The notes under the pieces were generated by a model. The model was not told where the DNA came from, made no database searches, and saw only the letters and a list, made by a program, of their open reading frames with translations. A DNA stretch of 63,162 bases, counting the filler, from Neolecta irregularis DAH-3 (lineage: Eukaryota), in NCBI GenBank assembly GCA_001929475.1. It is 5 parts of 5 records of this genome, joined end to end, with 100 filler letters (N's around TTAATTAATTAA, not from the genome) between each part and the next. Parts side by side here need not be neighbours in the genome. Positions count along the whole stretch, not along the records: positions 36,758 to 52,464 come from LXFE01000395.1; positions 52,565 to 56,515 come from LXFE01000402.1; positions 56,616 to 63,162 come from LXFE01000404.1; 2 more parts are not named here. The stretch is one strand, 5' to 3'. The position numbers and the translations under genes were made by a program. Shown here piece by piece: positions 48,008 through 60,843 of this stretch (position 1 is the first letter of the stretch; the number at the start of each line of letters is the position of its first letter).

Positions 48008-49799
48008 ATGTTTAGCCGCGGAAGCTCGAAGAGAATCCAGAATCTACTCCCTGGGCCTAAGCGGCTTGTTGTTGCGAATAACGATATGTCTGAACCTGGC
48101 GATACTTCCAGTTGCCAAAAGCCTTTATCGTTTCGGGATGCTCGTCGGCCGAGGACCGTGGATCTGTTGGAAGATCACGAACCAGTCTCGTTTGCGGCGA
48201 TGCTTCCTTCAGAGATTCTGCTATCGATTTTCAAATTCTGTACTTCACCGGCAGACCTGCGAGCCTGTTTGCTTGTATGCAAAACATGGTGTCGCTGTAG
48301 TGTGGATTTACTCTGGCTTCGTCCGTTTCTTTACAAAACAGAATCTCTAAATCGTATAATAGAGACGTTGGATTCCAATTCTACTCTCTTTCCCTACGCA
48401 TCTATGATCAAACGGCTCAACTTGACGATACTTGCCGAATATCTCAAAGATACCCATCTTGAATCGCTCTCGAAATGCAACCGTCTTGAGCGGCTCACGC
48501 TGGCTGGATGCAAACAAATCTCTACTGGTCCTCTGTGCAGGATACTGTTGAACAATCAACGTCTCTTGGCATTGGACATTACTGGCCTCGAGTCAATCAC
48601 GGACGATGTATTGCACATGATTTCCGAGTCGTGTCAGGAGATTCAAGGGTTAAATGCTACAAACTGCAAGCTGCTTCAAAATGGAGCGGTTTCTTCGGTG
48701 GCATTGAACTGTGGGCAGTTGCGCCGGGTATATGCCTTGAGAAAAGTGTTCTTATGTTAGGTCAAGTTTAGCGGATGCGAGCTCCTGACGGACGAAGCCG
48801 TCGGAGCGGTGGTTGTGCACTGTCCTCAGCTGCTGGAAATTGATCTCAACAACTGTTCCAAGATTACAGATATGTCTGTTGGTTCGATACTGGAGAATCT
48901 TTCCTCGCTGCGCGAAGTGCGGCTTGCGTTTTGCACGCTGATCAGCGATACGCCGTTTTATACGATGCAAGCGGAATCTTATGACCAGCTGCGGATTCTT
49001 GACCTGACATCGTGTGTTCGAATTACCGACGACAGTATTCAAAACATTGTGCATGCAGCTCCCAAACTACGAAACCTGGCATTGGCAAAATGCAGCAACA
49101 TTACGGACCGGGGGATTAAATATATCACCAAGCTTGGCAAGAACTTGCACTATTTGCACCTTGGGCACTGCAGCGCCGTTACGGACCGCAGCATCAGCTT
49201 GTTGGCCAAGACATGCAGCCGGCTGCGATACATTGATCTTGCGTGCTGCACGCAGATCACGGACAACAGTGTGATTGAGCTGTCGTACCTGCCCAAGCTG
49301 CGGCGGATCGGGCTGGTCAAGTGTGCTAACATTACTGATTTTGCGATTCTGTCGCTGGTGCGGAACAAGCCGTTTGAGGAGAGTGCGCTTGAGCGCGTGC
49401 ACTTGTCGTACTGCATCAACCTGACGCTGACGGTATGCATTTGGAGGAAGGGGGTTTACGGACTAGTCGATCCACCAGCTGGTGAATGCGTGCAAGCGGC
49501 TGACGCACCTCAGTCTGACGGGCGTGCCTGCGTTTATGCGGCCCGAGATTACGCGGCACTGCCGGCAGCCCCCGCCGGACTTTAATGCGCACCAGGCGGC
49601 GGTATTGTGAGTGTTCTGTGCGTGTTTCAGTGCTGAGCGGCGCAGCTGTGTGTTCAGCGGGGCGGGAGTCGGGCAGCTGCGCCACGAGCTGAACGAGCGG
49701 TATGCGGGGCCGCGGGGGCGAGCGGTGCCGCGGCCGCCGGGGTCGTCTAATGCGGGGGAGGATGTAGATATGGACGGGCAGTCTGGATCGGAGGACTAG
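48008..49799 (+). CDS. GRR1: SCF F-box/LRR protein Grr1/Pof2
   Basis: F-box LPSEILLSIF..VCKTW..LLWLRP; LRRs RLERLTL, LGKNLHYLHLGHC, LRRIGLVKC, LERVHLSYC; FCVFSG. Confidence 0.95.
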
Positions 49800-49969
49800 G
49801 ACAGTGTACACATTGAAATACAAGGGCGTTTGCAGGCGAATACAACGGGTGTATATGCGGCGGAGGGTTGGCGGGGGGCGGTATGGCGGTATAAAGGCGG
49901 CGGCGGGGGGCGCACACTCTCCGGGACCAGCCCACCGCACGCACGCACGATGACGATGGGCCTAGCAGC

Positions 49970-52464
49970 ATGAGCGCGGGCATGTCGCGACTGGACCGGC
50001 TGGTGCAGCTGCTGGAGACGGGATCGACGCAGGTGGTGCGCGAGACGGCGGGGCGGCAGCTGGCAGACGTGCTGCGCGCGCACCCGCACGAGCTGCACGG
50101 GCTGCTGCGGCGCGTGGGGCCGTTTCTGCGGGCGGGCCGCTGGGAGACGCGCAGTGCGGCGGCGGTCGCGCTGGGGCAGATTGCAGCGCTGGTGCCGTGC
50201 TGGACGGGTGCCGGGCCTGCGCTGGAACCGCCAGGTATTGTCCCCCGGTGCGTGGGTGCTACTACTTAGGTTGCGACTCTACGCCTTCGGGTACCGCTGC
50301 GCCTTCGGGTGCCGGTTGCGACTCTGCGCGGTCGGGCACAGGTCCTGCCGGCGCAGAACTGCTCGCGCTGGGCGCCTTCGACATCGCCGCCGTGCTCCGC
50401 CACGGGCGCAAGCTGGTCGGCAGCGCGGGCAAGGAATACGCGGTGCACCTCGAAGACCTGTCGCCGGGCGAGCGCCTGCTCCACCAGAAGCACAGCCTCA
50501 AGGCCCGCCTGGGCCTCGGCGGCGAGTTTATGGAAGACGGTTGTGTTCCCCGGCCTGCCGCGCTGACTGCTGACTGCTGCAGACGAGCTGGTTACAGCCG
50601 CCGACCTGATCGCGCCGCACAGCAGCAGCTCGCCCCTCGACAGCTCCCTGCCGCCCGATGCTGCAGTGCCGCCCGCCCCGCAGCCGCAGAATATCCCGCA
50701 GGCGCTCGGGGCCCGCCCGCACAGCACAACAACGCAGATTATCCCACAGGGCCTCAGTGCCCGCCAGCGCAACATGATGAAGCGCAAGGCAAAGCTCGAT
50801 GCCCGCGCAGGACCCACAAAGTACGCCGGTTTGTTTGCCCTGCTCACCCCCAGACACCGCGCGCTCGACCGCAAGCCCGACTCCGCGCTTGCACCGCCCA
50901 ACTGCCCGGACACAGGCACCACCCCCGCGCCAGAGCGCTTCACCGCCACGCCCCAGCCGCAGTCCGCCCGCGTCGTCGTGGCGCAGCACCACCACCAACA
51001 TCCGCCGCTTACCGCCGACACCGGCACCCGCTGGCCCTTTGAGGGCCTGCTCGACATCCTCCTCGTCGACCTCTTTGACCCGCGGTGGGAGATCCGCCAC
51101 GGCGCCGCCCTCGGCCTGCGGCAGCTCCTCCACAAACACGCCGACGGCGGCGGCCGCGTCCTCGGCTGCTCCGCGCTGCAAAACAGCCTGAACAACACCC
51201 GCTGGAAGCAGGACCTCGTCTGCCGCCTGTGCTGCCTCTTTGCGCTCGACCGCTTTGGCGACTACATCGCCGACACCGTCGTCGCGCCCATCCGCGAAAG
51301 CGCCGCGCAGGCCCTCGCGGCCCTCTTTGCGCACCTCGACCTGGCCTCGATCAGACTCACGTACAACGTCCTCGCGGCCCTGGCGCTGCAGCACGGCGGC
51401 GCGCCCAAGATCTGGGAAGCGTCCCACGGCGGCCTCCTCGGCCTCAAGTACCTCGTCGCCGTCCGCAGAGACATCGTCCTCGCCGACGACGCCCTCCTCG
51501 ACGGCATCGTCCACGCGGTCGTCTCCGGGCTCGCAGACGGCGACGACGACGTGCGCTCGGTCAGCGCCGCCACGCTCGTCCCCGTCGCAGACGAATTCGT
51601 CCGGCAGCGGCCAGACGCTGTAGACGGCCTCATGGACGTCGTCTGGGAGTGTCTCGCGGAAATCAAAGACGATCTCAGCGCCAGCACAGGAACAGTCATG
51701 GACCTCCTCGCCAAGCTCTGCTCCTTTCCCCAGGTCTTGGACTCGATGCAGCTCAAGGCAGACCTCGACCCGCAGTATCCCCGTCCTGGTCTCCCCCCTC
51801 TCACCCCCTAGGTACTCCTTCCGCGCTCGAATCCCCCGCCTCTATCCCTTCCTCCGGCACACCATCGCCAGCGTTCGCTCTGCCGTCCTGCGCGCTCTCC
51901 TCACCTTTATCGACATGCGCGGCGACGCCTGGATCGACGGCAAAATTCTCCGCCTCATCTACCAAAATATCCTCCTCGAAACAAACGACGTATAATTCTC
52001 CCCCTGCTCTCCCTAACTCGCAGAATATCTCAGAATTGTCTCTCGAGGTCTGGTCCGCCCTCGTCCGATCAAGCAGCCAAAACTCTTCCCCGCGTTTCCT
52101 ACAAGCATTAATGCCCCATATAGAGCCTCTATTCACTCTACTCCTCACACAAATCAGTGGTCCCAGGACTCCAGAGCCTCTCGATGCAACCCTCCTACTC
52201 CGCCCAACCGGCCAAGTCTACCAAATACCTAAACCCTTCAGCCTCCAATCACCCTCTTCAGAACCTCCCAAAAAACGTCGGAAAAATACAAAAATAGATT
52301 TAGCTCCCCATACGCACAACATCGATGCTCCAATGATCCATGGTGATATCGAACTCGTGGGCCTCGGAGCCGTATTGAGAGCACGGATTTCAGCTGCGAT
52401 TGCCATGGGCCGCGCCATTGCAATGTTTCCCGAACCAGACGCGTTTAGAATTTTCGAAAATTTC
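49970..52464 (+). CDS. MOT1: TBP-associated Snf2 ATPase Mot1, N-terminal HEAT region (truncated at gap)
   Basis: SRLDRLVQLLETGST, LSARQRNMMKRKAK, WEIRHGAALGLR, LDRFGDY..VVAPIRE, DDLSAST. Confidence 0.96.
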
Positions 52465-52564
52465 NNNNNNNNNNNNNNNNNNNNNNNNNNNNNNNNNNNN
52501 NNNNNNNNTTAATTAATTAANNNNNNNNNNNNNNNNNNNNNNNNNNNNNNNNNNNNNNNNNNNN
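52465..52564. other. Artificial assembly linker
   Basis: N44-TTAATTAATTAA-N44. Confidence 0.98.
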
Positions 52565-55500
52565 TTTTTCATATTACCCGAATTAATGGGGGGGTAACTT
52601 TTTGGGGGGGTAGGATTATGGGGGGGTAGGATTATGTGGGGGTAGGTTTGTATGGGCGGAATTTTTAATCTCAGACTTATGACAGTAATTATATTTTTAC
52701 CTCTATGTTGGATATGGGGGGGTATTATTTGAAGGGGGTGGGTTACTTCAGTCAAATGTATTGTAGTATAAGTCCTTTTTGGACCTGTCTTTTGGTTAAG
52801 TTTAGTCTTTATGACTTGGCTTTGGGTAAATTTTTGGTTATTACTCTCACTTGGACATTTTTTCAGCATGACCGAACTTTTTATAAAATTAACTTTAGAT
52901 AATTTCACTATAATAAAACCTTTATCAAAAGGTATTAATTTGCGGATCGCCACTGGGACTTGTCGTCCCATTCTACTCCATAGGCTCCTATAAGTCAGAG
53001 AACTGACTTTAGAGTAGTAATAATCACATCCTCTGGGCCACTTGGTGCACCCGTTTCTGTGACATTGCCCTTTGCCACGCCTGCCTTTGCCACTTTCTGC
53101 AGGTCGCCGCTTGCTCTCAGCGGGTCTGATTGGGACGTTCTCGCTTTTCCCCCAGCTTCTGGTGGGATTATTGGGTCTTTTGCACTTAGTATTTGTAATG
53201 GGACACTGGATCATACCCCTGGGTCTAATTAATCGTTCTCCGATAAAGAACGACGGGCATTGAATTGGGATGTGGTACAGTGAGTTGCAGGAGATGCAGC
53301 CTGACTTTACACCTGGTGGTGTAATCACTCCAGTCACTGTCCCTACCGTTAATCTTATCGTGTCTCCGGTATTGACCCGTGTATCAGACTTGCCACGAAT
53401 TAACCATTGCACCGGCCCTTCTTCAGGTTTCCGGCGTGGGGACTTTGGCCAGGTTTCATAAACAGAGACCCTTAGGTTTTTGAACCTTGATCGAATTGCC
53501 TTAAGGATTTGCACATTCGTAAAGTTGATTCGACCACGATCAGCTGGATTAATCGTAAATTTTAGCATCTTAAAGGGGGCCCAGTCAGCTCTCGCCTTTG
53601 CCGGCATGGTCCACTCAAACTGTGAAGCCGTATTATCCGGCCAAAACATTGTACCTGCAGTAGTTCTGCCCAACTTTTCCAGCATAAAGACTTGCTCGGC
53701 CTTAGACGGTGCTGTAACCATCAACATTTCTTTAAGAAATGGTTGAATTTCGCAGTTCGCATACTTCGGGTTCAGCTTCTCAAGGTGATCTCGAATAAAT
53801 GATATCGCTTCAAGGTATGACCATCCACGATGCTTAATTAACATGTATTCGTTACATGCCAGGCTTTTCACCTTTTCTCTAACTTGCCCAATGAACTCAA
53901 ATTTCGACGGTTCAAGAACTTTAGTCAGGGTGTCCATTGCATTTGCATGGATCGCTGTCATGAATGCTTCAGCAGTTTGTGCCTGCTCAGCATTATCACA
54001 AAGGATCTGGCGTTCCGGCAGCTCTTCAGTCCGAACCACTTTTGCATATGATGCCTTTGGCTTTAAGGTACCATCTTTGGTCAATATATTTGCTACACAC
54101 GTTAATTCTGCTTTAACGTGGTCCATACCTGGGGGTATGGATTTGTTCAGCTGGGCCTCTGCGAACTCAACTTCTGGGGGCTCAATACTCTTTCCACGAG
54201 ACTGTGCATCCCATTCTGCCTCACGCTTCTTTGATCGAGTAGAGGGTTCAGTATCCACATCCATATCCACAATGACCTCAAGATCACTGGTCTCATCATT
54301 CGAGAGAGGCTCTTCAAATGCATCTCTCTGGGCAAGTCTCTCAATCTTTCGAAGGACTGCAGCCAATCTTTTTCCCGCCGGTACATTATTCATCAGGGTC
54401 TTACAGGACTTGTCCGACATTGATTTCAACTTAGGGAACATCTCAAGCATCTGGGCTCGAATTTGGGTCGTACGCCCATTACAATGGGCGATTTGATTAA
54501 TGAGGTTCGCAAGAGTCTCACTTTCTGGGCCGATCGTGACTCGGCCCCTCTTCGCAAGTCTCTTGAACTCTTTAGTTGCCTGCATTGCAACTACAGGCGA
54601 AGTTCGGGGGTCAACAGGGGCAGATGAGGTATCCATATAGTAGAGGATAAATAGGCGCTGTAAAAATGCGAATATGGGTTCAGGTGGGACATAGACACAT
54701 GTATTTATGATAAACTTAGTCTTTGGTTCTAGTTTGCGGCTAATGCTATCTCGCCTTATCTTGGGTCTAATTTTTGACTTTGACGTGTTTATCTCTAATG
54801 CATAAAACCTGCATTTTCTTAGCTTACACTTTGACGCTGGCATACATGTAAGCTTTTTAAATAGATAATCCCTGTTAACTATTTTATTGCCTTGGACTTG
54901 GTTCGAGTCCTTTTCACTCAAGTTCACTATGGTCCAGATGTAATTCTGGACCAATTTATTCATGAAGGGGACATTATGCGGCCCCTTTACTGGGTAATAA
55001 TATATCATAAAACCAATATATTGGACTTGCTTTTTATGTAGATCTAGACTTTTCAGTAAATCTAACGCTAGATAAATCAAGTTCATCATGATACATGGGA
55101 TTTTTTCAATTATCCCTTTACTCCCGCATTTTTTCCCTTTACTTTGTACTGGTTTTTCTCCAGTTAAGTATGGGGTGTTCTCAGGCAATGTTGGGCTTTG
55201 GTTTGGCATATTCAGAGTTACAATGTTCACTGGCACACTCTTTAGGTTATGACGTATTGGTCCGTCAGTAGGTTGAGGTCTCTTTTCAACTAGATTTTGG
55301 GCTAAATCATTCAAGTTTATTAAGGTATACTGGGTTCTTTTATTCATACGCTCCTGTTTGCACATTGTATGTTGTCCATGGACTTGGTTCACTAACTTTG
55401 TCCTATTATGGCTCTGGGTCGGTTCATTGGGACTTAGCACCTCATAAGGCAAATTCGCAGATTTATAACCTATACACGATTCAATATATTGAACCTGTAT

Positions 55501-55737
55501 TTGGGATCTATTATGTACTAGATCCCTAACAGTAATATTTGCCGCCAGATAATATCTCCTTTGGTCTACCAGTGTGATACCGGTCATAAAGTGGGAACCC
55601 TCTACGCTTACCACTGGACACTGAGAGAGCCCAAATGTCATGCAGTATCCAGTGGGGGATACATCATATTCGGCCCCCCTGATCCCCACGGGTGGGTACT
55701 CCGAACTGCAACGTGTATTCAAAAGTTGTGCAGTCAT
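52565..55737 (-). mobile_element. Long intronless ORF with Gag/LINE-ORF1-like core; probable retroelement, open into the gap
   Basis: SYAKVV motif, RRM-like segment, then a CX2CX4HX4C knuckle CISCNSLYHIPIQC (53257-53298); A-rich coding strand; no RT, endonuclease or integrase motifs visible. Confidence 0.65.
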
Positions 55738-56515
55738 GGGTTAATCTTAGTGGTTCTCCACTAGCGAAGGCCTTTACATGGTCTAGATGGGTCATAATGG
55801 GGCACCGGCCAAAGCCTTGCTTACTGGCTAGGCTTTTTAGGATATCTTCTTGATCATATTCATGATTCATTAGTATATCACTTTTGTAGGACAAATCACT
55901 ATGCACACTTCACTAAGTTTACCATTCCATGTCTGGCATCCAGTGTCAGACAAATTCAACTTACAACCTCATGTACAGATTACAAGTCTGGTAGGTATAC
56001 TCTAATTGCTCTTTTTGGGTCAGGTCTCTCATAGGTCTTTAATGGGTCTATAGGTTTATTCATTCCACATTATCACATCACTCAACATGCTTAGCTGGGG
56101 TGTGTACATCACTGCATTAATGCATAGAGATGCTTCATGGGTAGAGTCTCATAGTCTACAGTTTGTCATTTGCCAGTTTTCCAATCTGTTTCCACCATGC
56201 ACCATGTGGGGGTTGACATTTAACTGGTGATTCACACTCATGGGTCATTAACTCAGCAAAATCCTTCATATAAGAGGATATAAGGTCTAGGGTCTAGCAT
56301 ACAGGTTCTATGGTCAAATTCGGCCTCTATGGGTCAACCTCCCCATGTCATTACTCAGATCCCTTGGTCTCCATAATTTTATGAAGTATACTTTTCAAGA
56401 ATTACCACCGTTATCCAAGTAGTAAAAAGTACATACCACTCCCGGAGGGAACTATAACTGATTTAATGAGCCATTCGCAGTTTCACTGTACAAGTTGCTT
56501 ATACTTAGACATGCA

Positions 56516-56615
56516 NNNNNNNNNNNNNNNNNNNNNNNNNNNNNNNNNNNNNNNNNNNNTTAATTAATTAANNNNNNNNNNNNNNNNNNNNNNNNNNNNN
56601 NNNNNNNNNNNNNNN
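56516..56615. other. Artificial assembly linker
   Basis: N44-TTAATTAATTAA-N44. Confidence 0.98.
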
Positions 56616-56924
56616 ATCCAAGCAAATCCAAACCAAATGAATCAGAGAGAAAAATAACTTGATTCTACCATCTATATCTTGATGATGTATATGATTTATA
56701 TGCCATTTTTGACCACAGGACTACAAGAGAAAGTCCCAACATCATGTCTTCTATTACAACATAACCAGATGTTATTCAATGAATTCACTTCAGAATCTCT
56801 TACTTGGATTCAAAAGTGGTAATCCTTGGGCGAGGCCAGTGGCACGGCCCATCCGCAGTGGTGGGGTACGCAGGGCAATCTTTTGCTCAATTGTAATAGC
56901 AGAGCGGCGTTTCATGTATTTTTT

Positions 56925-57056
56925 CTATAACGAATTTTGCATTAATCTAACGAACTTCGTTGTATGGTTTAAATTTGTTAAACCCCATACAACTCAATTT
57001 TGGCAGAGAGTTGGATTCGTTATAACGGGTAATTCGTTATACGGAGGTTCCCTATA
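56925..57056. mobile_element. pogo/Tigger-like terminal repeat remnant
   Basis: Minus strand reads TA|TAGGGAACCTCCGTATAACGAATTACCCGTTATAACGAAT with reiterated TATAACGAA; an inverted copy of the motif lies near 56927. Confidence 0.5.
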
Positions 57057-57477
57057 GCCAGGTTTGACTCTATATATATTTTGGAACATGGTGTTTGATA
57101 ATGTTGCCGGGCATATTTCCACCTTGTAATGATGGCATATATCCTCGTGATGTCAAATGCGAAACATATATGTAGATTACTATTTGTTTATTAGTCAAGT
57201 ACAGTGAAGAACGGGATGTCACGAAATTGTGTGATTGCATATAATCGCGGTGGGACGCGTTTCGCACACGTCCCTTTCGTCATCGCGACTCTAGGGTTTC
57301 AAAGTTTGAACAGTGGATGACATACCGACACAGTTACATTGGTGCTGAATAAAAATGCAAGATGATACAAAAGAGTTAAATTACATTCTTTAATAGTGTA
57401 CAAAAGAGAAAAGAAACAATAGAGACCCCCTCCAAATATAGACACGAAAACCAAGAGGAAACAACGTTGCACACACG

Positions 57478-57950
57478 CTATTTTTTGGCCTGTATAGTCT
57501 GTCCTTTGAGAAGACTCTTGTTGATATGGGGAAGAACACCACCGCCAGCTATAGTAGCTTTGATTAATGTATCAAGTTCCTCATCGCCTGAACAGTAAGC
57601 GAAGATACAGGTAGGATCAGGCGTACCTCTGATAGCTAGTTGCAAGTGCCTAGGGGTAATCCGCTTCACTTTGAGATCCTTGGCAGCGTTGCCTGCCAAT
57701 TCCAGGACTTCGGCAGTAAGATATTCTAAAACAGCGGTCGAGTAAATAGCAGCTGATGCTCCGATACGCATGTTGTTTTGAGTTCGTGCCTTCATAAATC
57801 GACGAATACGTCCAACAGGAAACTATATGTTAAAAGCCGCACGTGTTGATAGTATACCTGAAGACCAGCACGCGCAGAGTGAGATATCTGAGCGGTCTTG
57901 TCGCCTTTTGGCGCAGCTTTTCCGCCGTGTGATTTCCCTTTACCAGACAT
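57478..57950 (-). CDS. HTZ1: Histone H2A.Z (3 exons)
   Basis: [61 protein letters not shown]. Confidence 0.98.
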
Positions 57951-58036
57951 GTTTTTTTTGGCGAAGCTTGATAGAATGTTTGAAAGGGTGGTTGGAGTTT
58001 ACGAACGTTAGTTCCTCAAACTGGCTTGGCTGAATA

Positions 58037-58048
58037 ACGCGCGCGAAA
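58037..58048. promoter_or_regulatory. MCB/SCB-like element upstream of H2A.Z
   Basis: ACGCGCGCGAAA about 90 bp upstream of the HTZ1 ATG. Confidence 0.4.
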
Positions 58049-58567
58049 AAATCAAAGCCCGCTAATATCCCGATATTCCCTTAATTAGCCACCTGATTGA
58101 TTGTTTAGATATGGTGTATAATGACACGCAAAACGAGCTTTATTGTCTGAGATTATCGAGTAGGAACATGAGCTCTGGATCCGGAATGACTGCTTCGAAA
58201 TTTCTCTGCTTTGAGAATACGTATCAATTGGAAATCCCAGATATTGTACCACAGCATTTTTAAAGGAAACTTTCTTCCATTGAACATTCAAGTGCTGCAT
58301 TCTGTGAGGACAGGCTTCTTGACGTGTATTTTGAAGTCAAGACAAGATCAAACAACATGCCTATCTTTGAATTGGCGATCCGCAAGTTCTTGGGCAATAT
58401 TTCTTTACTTAGCCCATTGAAAACACTTGGAATTGAGCGTAGGCTATGGAGCCTCCATGGCAAAGATGGTGCTGTGCGTTGTTGAAACTGAGGTATGAAT
58501 GAATGATCTCATGGAGTTGCAGCAGTTGGTGGTTTTAAATCTTACATTTGACCCCACGTTCAAAAAG

Positions 58568-60582
58568 ATGATGATCGATATATCAACTCTTAGCAATTAT
58601 CCGGATGTGAGGACCGTAAACTTGGATTTGGTCCTTGATATTTCTTTTGAAAGGAAAGTCCTTTTTGGTTCTGTTGAACACACATTTGAGGTCAAGCACG
58701 ACATCGACGAAATTGTTCTTGACACGTCCTATTTGGATATCACATCCATTGCAAATGATGGCAAACCTCTTAAAGTATATTTAAGCTAAATGAATATTAT
58801 CTAAACCTCAGTTTGAGGTGAAACCTCGGCAAGAACCGTTGGGATCACCCTTGGTTATATCATTGGGCCGAACCTATACTACCGGGGAAAAGTTCAAGCT
58901 TAAAATTACATATTCGACGACTGAAAAATGTACAGCGCTGCAATGGCTTGCTCCTTCACAGACAGCTGGAAAGAAGAGCCCATATGTCTTCTCACAATGC
59001 GAGCCTGTACTATCATGACACTGCTTCAAGGCTGACAAAAAAGATTCATGCAAGGGCTCTTGTACCTTGTCAGGATACACCTAGCATTAAGAATACTTAT
59101 ACTGCTCGAATCAAGTCGCCTTTACCCGTTGTCACCTCTGCAATTATTGATCCTACTGAAGGTGACATTTATGTTTCCCATCAACCAGTCCCAATTCCAT
59201 CATATTTAATTGCTCTTGCAAGTATGGATTTCAGTAGGCCTATTATTTCTAATATATAGGTGGTGATCTCGTTAGTGCGTCTGTTGGACCTAGATCATTG
59301 GTGTTCACGGAACCGAGTATGCTTGATGCATGTAAATGGGAATTCGAGGCAGATGTCGAACGTTTCATCACCACTGCCGAGAAGCTGCTTATGCCGTATC
59401 CATGGGGAACCTACAACATTCTCGTTCTTCCGCCTTCCTTTCCATTTGGTGGTATGGAAAATCCAAATCTAACTTTTGTTACTCCAACACTTATCGCTGG
59501 TGATCGAAGCAATGTGGATGTCATTGCCCACGAATTAGCGCATAGCTTTTCGGGAAATCTTGTTACTAACAAATCATGGAAAGACTTTTGGTTAAATGAA
59601 GGCTGGACAACTTTTATTGAACGCAAACTTCAATCCAAGATTCACGGCGAAGCCACTGGTGAATTCTCTGCTATCATTGGATGGAAGGCTCTTCGTGAGA
59701 GTGTGGACCAATATGGAAAAGATCACGAATTCACAAAGTTGATGCCGAATCTTGAGGGAAAAGATCCTGACGACGCATTCTCAAGTGTCCCGTACGAAAA
59801 AGGATTCAATTTAATATATCACATCCAGACCGTCGTTGGGGGAGCGGAAATCTTTGAAAGATTCATGCCGGCCTATTTCACTAGATTCGAAAATCAAAGT
59901 ATATCTACTGCCGATTTCAAGGAGTACCTCTACGAATGGTTTGAGAGGCATCATGGCAAAGAAATGATTGAAAAACTCGATTCAATCGATTGGCATACTT
60001 GGTTTTATGGAACTGGAATGGTGTCGTCGTTCTTGATTTCTTGCATACTAATGAAAAGCCTCCTGTACAACCCGCCTTTGATACTTCCCTCGCACAAGTT
60101 GCGTATACTCTTGCTGGTCGCTGGAGCCATGCGCGAATAGAAGAAGATGGAATATTCAGCGATGATGATATCAAAGACTGGACTTCAGGCCAAAAGATTG
60201 TCTTTCTCGAGAGATTGAGTGATATTGATCCTCTACCGCATAAACTTGTCCAGTTACTGGATACAACATATGGTTTATCGAAAAGCAAAAATACAGAGAT
60301 CATTTCAAGGTACTTTGGGATCGCCATGAAAGCCAAATACGGGCCATCTTATAAAGAAGTCGTTGGTTGGCTTGATGGTGGCATAGGCAGAATGAAGTTT
60401 GTTAGGTATGTCATCGTTATAGAAGTGTTCTAATGTGAAGACCAGCATATCGACGGTTATATTACTGTGATGAAGAGCTTGCTAGAAAGACCTTTCTTCG
60501 AAATCAAAGCGCATATCATCCTATCTGCTATGCCATGATAAAGAAAGATCTGGGCTTGGATGTTGAAAGCGTCAAAATCTAA
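58568..60582 (+). CDS. LAP2: Leukotriene A4 hydrolase / M1 aminopeptidase
   Basis: DISTLSNY, SQCEPIHAR, PFGGMENP, HELAHSFSGN..WLNEG, VPYEKG, GRMKFVRP. Confidence 0.96.
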
Positions 60583-60843
60583 AGCACAGTATCAGACAGT
60601 GTTTTTTAAAAGATATTTATAGGTGCACAAAGAATATGAAGTGTGATTTCTCTTCCTAAATCGGTTTACTCGGGATCGCAGGGTGACCCTTGAGGAAGGT
60701 GCAAACCTCAACTCACCTACCAACCTTCCTCTTCCCAGCCTTCATTATTCTACCAGCCCAGCCCATCCGCTTGCAAAATTTTTGGTAGTTGTCGCCGGTA
60801 TTGGGTCCCTTTAGAGCATTACATCCAGAGTGTCATCGAATCC

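Noticed and set aside
50266-51804. Long antisense and alternate-frame ORFs over MOT1 (and over NRD1 and 39865-40506)
   Set aside because: Expected shadows of very high GC and biased codon use; no recognisable domains.
49400-52000. Horizontal transfer or bacterial contamination as the source of the GC island
   Set aside because: GC changes gradually within native GRR1 and MOT1 genes, which keep host-type short introns.
24246-57950. Histone-variant gene cluster (H4 variant plus H2A.Z)
   Set aside because: 33 kb apart on different contigs separated by artificial linkers.
58085-58500. Small gene between H2A.Z and LTA4 hydrolase
   Set aside because: Only short ORFs with no recognisable motif or consistent splice model.
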